DNA of 64,000 nucleotides from Bacteroidales bacterium (GCA_038207725.1 JBBQZN010000001.1:3862-67861), one strand, 5' to 3'; shown: positions 38,062-45,312, counted from the stretch's first letter. Made by a program: numbers and translations. The notes: generated from the letters alone by a model not told the origin.

Positions 38062-38077
38062 GTCTGTTATAACAGAC
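38062..38077. promoter_or_regulatory. Perfect 16-bp palindrome, candidate enhancer-binding-protein site (UAS)
   Basis: GTCTGTTATAACAGAC equals its own reverse complement. It lies about 35-50 bp upstream of the -24 element. Confidence 0.4.
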
Positions 38078-38183
38078 TGTAGAATTTACCTAATTTAAAA
38101 ATGTGTTGAATTTACTTACACTATATAAATATTAAGCATGTAACTGACTGAAAATAAATATGATTAAGGACAATGTATATATT

Positions 38184-38199
38184 TTCAACAGCTGTTGAA
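38184..38199. promoter_or_regulatory. Second perfect 16-bp palindrome (binding site or terminator stem)
   Basis: TTCAACAGCTGTTGAA. It lies 59 nt downstream of the stop of the Gfo/Idh/MocA gene and about 160 bp upstream of the sigma-54-like promoter. Confidence 0.3.
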
Positions 38200-38257
38200 T
38201 AATGCAACACATCTTTACGATAGGCCCTATTATTCGCAATATGCGACGATTAAAAAA

Positions 38258-39454
38258 TCAGATATTTATTACTTTCTGAATAATTTTGCCTGTTTTCTTC
38301 TCTTTCAGCATAAGTTTAACACTGCCGTCGGGCATCTTTTCCTTTTTTACAAGAAAATGATCAGTATCAAAATCAATGTTCTCATTTTGTGATACATGTC
38401 CGGTTTTGCCCCGCCACTCAGAAATCTGAACAGGCTCCCATTGTTTTGATTTTGATGACGCGTAGCATGCGTCGATGATCGCATTTACTATATATCCGTC
38501 ATAAAACGTCTCCCCGGGGAGTTTACCCTGGTCCATTGAATCGAGCATGTCGGTAAACATATCGGGGTACCCCAGTGCATGAACCTCATCGCCCACGGGG
38601 AATAGCCAGCCGGTATCACTTTCTGATTTTTCTGCTACATATTTGTCAGTAGCGCCTGTTGTAAAAACTTCAAATCCTGTCCTGAGCCAGTGGTCTAGTC
38701 TGATAGTCCCTTCTGTTCCTGCCACCTCATCTCTAAGGTCCATTCCGCCTCTGTAATTCCAGCTAACCTCTATCTGGGATATTGCTCCGGTTTCGTATTT
38801 TATCAGGGCAATTGCATGGTCTTCTGCCTCAATTGGCTTAACCTGGGTTTCCGCCCAGCACATGACCTCCACAGGCCGGACTTCTTTGCCGATAAAGTTT
38901 CTTCCGATTTCAATACAGTGACAACCCATGTCCACCAATGCTCCTCCTCCCGATTGCTTTTTATCCCAGAACCACGCACTATGAGGACCCGAATGTGCTT
39001 CGCGTGAACGTGTCCATAGAATGCGACCGCATGAACCATTTCTGACAAGTTCAATTGCCTTTAATGTTTTTGGAGTATAGACAAGGTCTTCGAGATAACC
39101 ATTAAAGACCCCTGCTTTTTCGGCGGCTTCCATTACTTCCTTTGCTTCGGCACCATTCATTGCAAGAGGTTTGGTACAGAGAACATTTTTCCCTGCCGCG
39201 ATTGCCATTAATATCGCTTCTTTGTGAAGAAAATTAGGCAGTGCTACAATTACAGTATCTGTCTCCGGATCGTCAACAGCAACCTTCATATTTCCCGTAT
39301 ACTTCGGGATATTCCATTTTGCTGCGAATGATTTTGCAGATTCTTCAGGAATTGAACACACATGCTGAATTATGTCTTTTCTTCTCTGACCCAGTAAAGA
39401 CATAGTATAGAAGGTACCGATAAGTCCTGTACCAAGAAGGGATATTTTTCTCAT
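38258..39454 (-). CDS. Gfo/Idh/MocA-family NAD(P)-dependent oxidoreductase
   Basis: N-terminal Rossmann fold ISLLGTGLIGTFY and the EKP-like motif LCTKPLAM. 398 aa. Confidence 0.85.
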   Translation of the reverse strand: MRKISLLGTGLIGTFYTMSLLGQRRKDIIQHVCSIPEESAKSFAAKWNIPKYTGNMKVAVDDPETDTVIVALPNFLHKEAILMAIAAGKNVLCTKPLAMNGAEAKEVMEAAEKAGVFNGYLEDLVYTPKTLKAIELVRNGSCGRILWTRSREAHSGPHSAWFWDKKQSGGGALVDMGCHCIEIGRNFIGKEVRPVEVMCWAETQVKPIEAEDHAIALIKYETGAISQIEVSWNYRGGMDLRDEVAGTEGTIRLDHWLRTGFEVFTTGATDKYVAEKSESDTGWLFPVGDEVHALGYPDMFTDMLDSMDQGKLPGETFYDGYIVNAIIDACYASSKSKQWEPVQISEWRGKTGHVSQNENIDFDTDHFLVKKEKMPDGSVKLMLKEKKTGKIIQKVINI

Positions 39455-39485
39455 TTGTTCTGAACTTAGAGTTATTACTTCAAAA

Positions 39486-39493
39486 CAAATTTA
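39486..39493 (-). promoter_or_regulatory. Candidate -7 box (TAAATTTG) for the oxidoreductase gene
   Basis: Plus-strand CAAATTTA, 32 nt upstream of the ATG at 39454. Confidence 0.3.
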
Positions 39494-39507
39494 ATAAAAA
39501 ATATGGA

Positions 39508-39668
39508 GTCAGGGTTCGGCTCCGCTCACCCTGACACCACATTCCCGGAACTTTTTGGATAATTAACCGATCCTAGCTCACCCTGACACCACATTCCCGG
39601 AACTTTTTGGCGAGCGGAGTCGACGTCAGAGCGAGCGGAGTCGAGCTCACCCTGCCCAACCTTCCCGG
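39508..39668. repeat. GC-rich repeat cluster downstream of, and overlapping, the comM 3' end
   Basis: Identical 35-mers GCTCACCCTGACACCACATTCCCGGAACTTTTTGG at 39524-39558 and 39576-39610. A third, degenerate copy GCTCACCCTG-N7-TTCCCGG at 39645-39668 is the comM 3' end itself. CGAGCGGAGTCGA occurs twice (39611, 39632). Inverted repeat GTCAGGGT/ACCCTGAC (39508/39528). Confidence 0.8.
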
Positions 39669-41185
39669 TCAAGATTCCGATAGTTTATAGCTTCTGATAT
39701 ATGTTCGGCCTTAATGTACTCCGATTCATCAAGATCGGCTATAGTTCTGGCGACCTTCAAAATCCTGTCATAAGCTCTTGCCGAGAGTCCTCTCAAATCC
39801 ATAGCAGTTTTCAGCAACTTACCACCTGCCTCATCGAGCTGACAATACTTGCGCTGCATAGAGGAAGTCATCTGCGAATTGGAGTAAATTCCCTTTACAG
39901 ATTCAAACCGTTTTGCCTGAATTGCCCTTGCTTTAATTACCCTTTCCCTTACGGCAAGAGAATTCTCTATGTTCCCTTTATCAGAGAGTTTATCGTAATT
40001 AACGGGAACAACCTCGATATGAATGTCAATCCGGTCGAGCAAGGGACCGGAAATCCTGTTTAAATATTTCTGTACCATGCCTGCCGAACACATGCATTCT
40101 TTTTCAGGGTGGTTATGGAATCCGCACGGACAAGGATTCATACTTGCTACAAGCATCACATTAGCAGGATAGTCGACAGATGATTTTGCCCTTGAGATCG
40201 TAATAACCCTGTCTTCAAGAGGCTGTCTCATGACTTCCAGAACCGACCTTTTAAACTCAGGCAGTTCATCAAGAAAAAGAACCCCATTATGACTCAGAGA
40301 AATTTCTCCGGGCTGCGGATATGTTCCTCCCCCGACGAGTGCCACATCAGATATTGTGTGATGAGGTGACCGGAATGGTCTCCTAATCATCAGAGCTGTA
40401 TGATCATCAATTTTACCGGCAACTGAATGGATCTTTGTTGTCTCCAGAGCTTCATCGAGTGTCAGAGGCGGGATTATTGTGGGGATCCTCTTCGCTAACA
40501 TTGTTTTACCGGCACCAGGAGGACCAACCATAATCAGGTTATGAGATCCCGCGGCTGCAACTTCGAGGGCCCGTTTTACACTTTCCTGTCCGCGAACATC
40601 CGAAAAATCTACATCATATTTATTTGCCTCACTATTAAAGATAGCATCGAGATCAACAGTAACAGGAGTAAATGTACGAGTGCCGTTGAAAAATTCAACA
40701 ACACTGCCCAGGTTCTCCATCCCATATACGTTTAAGCCGCTAACGACGGCTGCTTCAAGAGCATTTTTAACAGGAACGATTATTCCTTTGAAACCCTCCT
40801 CCTTTGCTTTCAAAGCGATAGGAAGAACACCTTTGACAGGCTGAAGCGTTCCGTCAAGAGATAGTTCACCCATCATAATATATGATTCCATCTCACTCTT
40901 CGAAACAAGTTCATCAGCCGCGAGTATTCCCATAGCCAGAGGGAGGTCATATGATGAGCCTTCCTTTCGGATATCCGCAGGAGCCATATTGATAACAACC
41001 TGCTTTCCGGGCCAGTGAAAACTTAGCGTCAGCAGAGCCGAAGCAATTCTGTGCTGGCTTTCCTTCACGGCACTATCGGGCAATCCTACAAGAAAAAATT
41101 GTACTCCACGCGATACATTAACCTCAATGGTTACTGTTACGGCATCAATACCGGTAACGGCACTGGCGAAAGTTTTTACTAACAT
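39647..41185 (-). CDS. comM: YifB/ComM-family Mg-chelatase-like ATPase
   Basis: Lon-like N-terminal domain (DLPLAMGILAA), AAA+ Walker A MVGPPGAGKTMLA, and GVLFLDELPEF. I chose the ATG at 41185 (MLVKTFASAV). Confidence 0.9.
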   Translation of the reverse strand: MLVKTFASAVTGIDAVTVTIEVNVSRGVQFFLVGLPDSAVKESQHRIASALLTLSFHWPGKQVVINMAPADIRKEGSSYDLPLAMGILAADELVSKSEMESYIMMGELSLDGTLQPVKGVLPIALKAKEEGFKGIIVPVKNALEAAVVSGLNVYGMENLGSVVEFFNGTRTFTPVTVDLDAIFNSEANKYDVDFSDVRGQESVKRALEVAAAGSHNLIMVGPPGAGKTMLAKRIPTIIPPLTLDEALETTKIHSVAGKIDDHTALMIRRPFRSPHHTISDVALVGGGTYPQPGEISLSHNGVLFLDELPEFKRSVLEVMRQPLEDRVITISRAKSSVDYPANVMLVASMNPCPCGFHNHPEKECMCSAGMVQKYLNRISGPLLDRIDIHIEVVPVNYDKLSDKGNIENSLAVRERVIKARAIQAKRFESVKGIYSNSQMTSSMQRKYCQLDEAGGKLLKTAMDLRGLSARAYDRILKVARTIADLDESEYIKAEHISEAINYRNLDREGWAG

Positions 41186-41292
41186 AATATACTGTTTACT
41201 AGCACTTAGGAAACGCAGTATAAAAATAAGAAAAAATAAGATAAAAGACAAATAACAAACAAATGAATGAAAGTTGGTAAGATGAGGACAAT

Positions 41293-41327
41293 AAAAAACC
41301 CGGGAAATTTTTTAAGATTATCCGGGC
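41293..41327 (-). terminator. Intrinsic terminator after the TIM-barrel gene
   Basis: Minus strand has a GCCCGGA...TCCCGGG stem followed by TTTTTTATT. Confidence 0.45.
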
Positions 41328-41347
41328 TTAAGTATATTTATGCTATT

Positions 41348-42448
41348 CTACATCAGAATATTACGCGCATACTGTATACAGGTTGCAGTTTCTTTAACCT
41401 GATTAGACCATGGCTTTATCTCATATTCAAGCTCAATGTCTGCATAGATAGGCCACTTCTCTTTTTTAAGAAGAAGCAGGACATCAGATATCGGTGCTTC
41501 ACCCTGTCCCCAAACCTGGTTCATATTAGCCGGATCAGTTTTAGGACCAGTCTTATCTTTCATATGAACACTTATAATACGTTCGTGATACTTTTCGATT
41601 ATCGTATTCGGATGAATTCCCGTTGATCCAAAGAAATGACCCATATCAAAATTCATCATAACGGATTTTGAAACAGCAAGAATTGGATCATAACTGAATC
41701 CTGGAGTTGCAAACTGCATGTGGTTATGCAAGATCGCATACATTCCGTGTTTTTCAGCAAACGGAGCAAGTTTCTTTGCAGTTTCCTCACTGATTTCGTC
41801 ACAAACTCCCTTTGCCCCCATGGCTTTTGCAACTTTGAATGCATAGTCTATCTCTTCGTCTGACCAGCGGGCTGGGGAGAATTTTACAATATGAACATCA
41901 ATTCCGGCATCATTTACGAGTTTGCGGGCTTCTGCAACTTTGGACATTGGAACTGATACTCTCCATGCTTTTAAATCGGCAGCGTACTTTTCAGCTGCAG
42001 CTATCTGTTCGGGTGTCCTCTGTGGACGCTGGCCACCACCCTGTGCTCCAGGGGCCCCTGCAGGAGTTGCACCTGCTGGTTGTCCGCCTGCTGGAGGTGC
42101 TGTGACAAAACGTGTTGCTCCTCCGCCCATTCCCTGCGCTGGATTCTTTGGTGCTCCAAGGAATGTCTCCAGGTCACCGCTCATAAGTTCAATGTTGCTG
42201 ATTCCTGATTCCACACAATATTTTACAATGTTTTCCAGCCCGGCAGGCATGCTTCTCCAGCTATATGTTATTGCGCCGAACTTAACACCTCCAAAATTAG
42301 AATCTGGTTTTGCTGCTGCAATAGCTGCAGCCACTGCCGGACTCTTTCCTAAAAGGTGCACAGGCATCATAGATACAGCGGCAATAGCAGCTGTATTTCC
42401 AAGGAACTTGCGCCTTGAAATTTCTTTTTTCGAATTATTGTTTTCCAT
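41348..42448 (-). CDS. Tat-signal sugar-phosphate isomerase/epimerase (xylose-isomerase-like TIM barrel) with a Pro/Gly/Ala-rich insertion
   Basis: SRRKFLGNTAAIAAV twin-arginine signal. TIM-barrel-like motifs (IELMS, VHIVKF, VHMKD). Low-complexity insert GGGATRFVTAPPAGGQPAGATPAGAPGAQGGGQRPQR. Confidence 0.75.
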   Translation of the reverse strand: MENNNSKKEISRRKFLGNTAAIAAVSMMPVHLLGKSPAVAAAIAAAKPDSNFGGVKFGAITYSWRSMPAGLENIVKYCVESGISNIELMSGDLETFLGAPKNPAQGMGGGATRFVTAPPAGGQPAGATPAGAPGAQGGGQRPQRTPEQIAAAEKYAADLKAWRVSVPMSKVAEARKLVNDAGIDVHIVKFSPARWSDEEIDYAFKVAKAMGAKGVCDEISEETAKKLAPFAEKHGMYAILHNHMQFATPGFSYDPILAVSKSVMMNFDMGHFFGSTGIHPNTIIEKYHERIISVHMKDKTGPKTDPANMNQVWGQGEAPISDVLLLLKKEKWPIYADIELEYEIKPWSNQVKETATCIQYARNILM

Positions 42449-42488
42449 ATTCTAAAATATTATTTTAGTTGATTAAGTTTAACATTTA

Positions 42489-42611
42489 CTATAATGACCA
42501 TCCGTTGCTACTCGGTGCTGTATTTCCTGTTCCGCCCATAACATAACGTGGAATAATTGTAAAAGCAACGGCGGATGTCGCTGTTGTACCAAGAAAGCTA
42601 CGCCTTGACAA
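42489..42611 (-). pseudogene. Orphan N-terminal fragment (Tat signal) of a Gfo/Idh/MocA-type oxidoreductase
   Basis: The 40-codon frame reads (L/M)SRRSFLGTTATSAVAFTIIPRYVMGGTGNTAPSSNGWSL*. It matches the typical SRRxFL...(T)IVPRHVLGG...APS leader of exported Gfo/Idh/MocA enzymes and stops before any Rossmann motif. The nearest ATG (42655) is in another frame across poly-A runs. Confidence 0.4.
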
Positions 42612-42807
42612 TGTTTTGCTATCAGGATTTTTTTGCCTTTTTTCGCCTGGCTCATTTTAGTTAGATTGAGATTAAAGAAGTTATAACCACTAAATTAAAC
42701 AAAATCATTGCAGATTACGACAATATTTCAAAATAACTAACAGGTTTTAAGGATTTTTAAGAGTTGACTGCCGTAACAAATGTTACAAATTGCCGGTATA
42801 TTAAGGC

Positions 42808-42837
42808 AAAAAAAAGCCCGGGTTATGAATCCCGGAC
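42808..42837 (-). terminator. Intrinsic terminator of the amtB-glnK operon
   Basis: Minus strand has a GTCCGGG-ATTCATAA-CCCGGGC stem followed by T8. Confidence 0.55.
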
Positions 42838-42861
42838 TCAAAAAACCAAGCTAACTTAACT

Positions 42862-43206
42862 CTATATTGCTTTACCTCCCCTTTCGCCGGTACGTATCCT
42901 TATGCACTCTTCCAGAGGAGTTATAAATATCTTGCCATCCCCAACCGAACCTTCTCCGTTTGTTTTGGCTGCCTTAAGAATGGCATTTATTGTAATATCA
43001 ACAAACGCCTCATTCACTGCAATTTCTATTTTTATTTTAGGGATTAGATCAGGAACGATCCTCTGTCCCCTGTACATCTCCTCAATTCTCTGCTGACCAT
43101 GTCCCGATACCCTGCTGACTGTAATTCTGGTAATCTCAGCGGCGATAAGAGTCTCGCGAACTTTATCCAGCTGTACTTCTCTTATAATTGCTGTAATTAA
43201 TTTCAT
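42862..43206 (-). CDS. glnK: P-II nitrogen regulatory protein
   Basis: 114 aa: MKLITAIIRE..LDKVRE.L, T-loop GHGQQ...MYRGQ, and C-terminal GDGKIFITPLEE..RIRTGE. Confidence 0.9.
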   Translation of the reverse strand: MKLITAIIREVQLDKVRETLIAAEITRITVSRVSGHGQQRIEEMYRGQRIVPDLIPKIKIEIAVNEAFVDITINAILKAAKTNGEGSVGDGKIFITPLEECIRIRTGERGGKAI

Positions 43207-43231
43207 TTTAATAAATTTAAAAAGTTAACAC

Positions 43232-44563
43232 CTAACTGGGATTTAACATTCCGTATCCTCTTTCTCCGTGATACGCTCTGTCGAGACCTGCCATTTCATC
43301 ATCTTCCGATGATTTTATCTTCACAAACTTGTTTATAACGAAGAGCAAAACAAATGTCATTACTGCAGCATAGGCAATTGCTATCAGAACAGCAAAAGAC
43401 TGTACTCCAAGCTGGTTCCATACTGTCCAGCTTCCGCCTGCAGCCGATGCCGCATCAAGCATCCACGACGGACGGATGAAGAATACCAGAAGCAGAGCCC
43501 CAACAATTCCTCCTACGCCATGTATTCCAAATGCGTCAAGACTATCATCATATCCCATTTTGTTTTTAACCTGTATTGCCATGTAGCAAACCAACGAGGC
43601 AATAATTCCAAGTGCCATTGCTCCGTATGGCTGTACCACACCTGCTGCAGGAGTAACAGCAACCAGTCCGGCCAGGATTCCGCTGGCAAATCCCAGGGCT
43701 GTGGCTTTGCCCTGATGAAAGCTTTCAATTAATACCCATGTAAGTGCGCCTGAAGCAGCAGCAACCTGTGTTGCGGTAAGTGCCTGTGCAGTGCTTAACC
43801 CTGAACCGATACTGCTACCTGCATTGAATCCAAACCAGCCTACCCATAAAAGACCGGCGCCCAGCATTGTAATAACCAGATTATTCGGACGAATTACCTG
43901 GTATGGATAACCGCGACGGACACCAAGAAACAGTGCTGCTACCAAACCGCTGACGCCAGCAGAAATATGTACAACTGTACCCCCGGCAAAATCGATTGCT
44001 CCCTTTGCACCCAGATTAAACAGGAATCCATCGGACGCCCATACCCAGTGACAAAGCGGATTATATACAAGCAGACTCCAAAGTGCAATAAAGAAGCAAT
44101 ATGCTTTAAATGAGACCCTTTCGGCAAATGCTCCGGCGATAAGGGCCGGGGTTATTATTGCAAACTTCCCCTGAAACATGGAAAAAACATATTCCGGAAC
44201 TCCGGCATCCATAACATTAGTGTCAATCCCTTTCAGAAAGAAATAATCAGAATTCCAGCCAAACCATCCGCCAAGAACATTTGAACCAAAACTCATGCTA
44301 TATCCTACAACGACCCACAGAACACTAATTATTCCCATTGCAACATAACTGTGCATTATTGTTCCCAGAACATTCTTCGACCTTACCAGACCGCCATAAA
44401 ACATTGCAAGCCCCGGTATCATTAATAATACCAGCGCAGTTGAAGTAAGCATCCAGGCAGTTGCACCTGTATCAATCGCAGTTCCGTCTGCAGCATTCAA
44501 TCCTGTTAATCCGGCAAATAGAAATGTCAGAATTAACAAGTGTCTTTTCCATTTTGATCTCAT
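43232..44563 (-). CDS. amtB: Ammonium transporter
   Basis: 443 aa, 11-12 TM segments, Amt motifs DFAGGTVVHISAG and DDSLDAFGIHGVGG. Confidence 0.9.
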   Translation of the reverse strand: MRSKWKRHLLILTFLFAGLTGLNAADGTAIDTGATAWMLTSTALVLLMIPGLAMFYGGLVRSKNVLGTIMHSYVAMGIISVLWVVVGYSMSFGSNVLGGWFGWNSDYFFLKGIDTNVMDAGVPEYVFSMFQGKFAIITPALIAGAFAERVSFKAYCFFIALWSLLVYNPLCHWVWASDGFLFNLGAKGAIDFAGGTVVHISAGVSGLVAALFLGVRRGYPYQVIRPNNLVITMLGAGLLWVGWFGFNAGSSIGSGLSTAQALTATQVAAASGALTWVLIESFHQGKATALGFASGILAGLVAVTPAAGVVQPYGAMALGIIASLVCYMAIQVKNKMGYDDSLDAFGIHGVGGIVGALLLVFFIRPSWMLDAASAAGGSWTVWNQLGVQSFAVLIAIAYAAVMTFVLLFVINKFVKIKSSEDDEMAGLDRAYHGERGYGMLNPS

Positions 44564-44603
44564 AATCGATTTTTTAATCTGATAATTATTAATTAAATCC
44601 CGA

Positions 44604-44611
44604 CAAATATA
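44604..44611 (-). promoter_or_regulatory. Candidate -7 box (TATATTTG) for amtB-glnK
   Basis: Plus-strand CAAATATA, 41 nt upstream of the ATG at 44563. Confidence 0.35.
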
Positions 44612-44620
44612 AATGTTTTT

Positions 44621-44780
44621 GGGGGTTCATTAATTTTTTATACTCTTTTATTCTCTGTTACCCCCTCTTTTTCATAGGGTCATTATGTTCATTTATATCT
44701 TTTTATATTATATCACCTCTTTTTAAGGGGTAATAACAATATTATTTATATTTTGTATAAATTAATGAATTACCCCTTAA
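44621..44780. promoter_or_regulatory. Two related inverted-repeat units upstream of the amtB promoter
   Basis: IR1 is GGGGGT (44621-44626) / ACCCCC (44660-44665) with a 33-nt AT-rich spacer. IR2 is TTAAGGGGTAA (44723-44733) / TTACCCCTTAA (44770-44780) with a 36-nt AT-rich spacer. The direct repeat CCTCTTTTT occurs at 44663-44671 (spanning the IR1 right arm) and 44716-44724 (immediately 5' of the IR2 left arm). Confidence 0.5.
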
Positions 44781-44862
44781 GTAAAAGCAGACAGGGGAGA
44801 GCAATTTTGGAAGAAATAAAGAATTAACTTTGATTCAGATAATGTTAAACTCTTTCGGAAAA

Positions 44863-45248
44863 ATGAAACCCACAATTTCAATCTTTACCTGCTTACTGCT
44901 GATAATGAGCATGATTTCCTGTTCGTCAATTCTCATACACTTATTACAATGTTTACTAGGATGCTTGCCGGACAGGGTGATAATACAATATGTTATTACA
45001 ATGAAAGGGTTGATAAGAAAATGGGATCGCATGCCTCACAACTTGCAAAAGCCGTATGTATTTTCAGCCCCTTGCAGTATTATGGGGTACAACAAATTAC
45101 ATCGGCGATGAGCCTGAACTGGAGTTTTTCAACAATGTCCCCACTGTCTGGGATGAAACGAGGGTGCTTTACGCAAAGATCTGCTACAATTCCTGTAAAT
45201 ATTGCCGCGAATAATGGATTTGCCATACATATATCACCTGTGAAATAA
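44863..45248 (+). pseudogene. Decayed glycoside hydrolase lipoprotein gene (GH97-like C-terminal motifs) with a large internal deletion and frameshifts
   Basis: An intact lipoprotein signal MKPTISIFTCLLLIMSMISC runs within a few codons into FTRMLAGQGD, SHASQLAKAVCIFSPLQYYG and, in another frame, EPELEFFNNVPTVWDETRVLYAK. At least 2 frame changes and only ~125 codons in total. The GH97 assignment is from remembered motifs. Confidence 0.45.
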
Positions 45249-45275
45249 TCGATGCATTTTCTGGTATTGATGGCG

Positions 45276-45312
45276 AAAATAAAAACAGGGGAATGCGATG
45301 GCACGCCCCTGT
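45276..45312 (-). terminator. Intrinsic terminator of the PadR operon
   Basis: Minus strand has ACAGGGG-N14-CCCCTGT (7-bp stem) followed by TTTTTATTTT. Confidence 0.55.

Noticed and set aside
39524-39610. Possible mini-CRISPR array (two identical 35-nt repeats)
   Set aside because: There are only two copies, the intervening spacer is 17 nt, there is no leader and there are no cas genes. The repeat copies the comM 3' end, which fits an att-like or REP-like element better.
41922-42455. 177-aa plus-strand ORF opposite the TIM-barrel isomerase gene
   Set aside because: It is kept open only by the GC-rich Pro/Gly/Ala-coding segment. The translation is low complexity, and the opposite strand carries a recognisable Tat-signal enzyme.
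44830-45304. Four overlapping 65-99-aa ORFs on both strands
   Set aside because: Their translations are fragments of one decayed hydrolase gene spread over several frames, or antisense noise. I treat them as a pseudogene rather than as separate genes.
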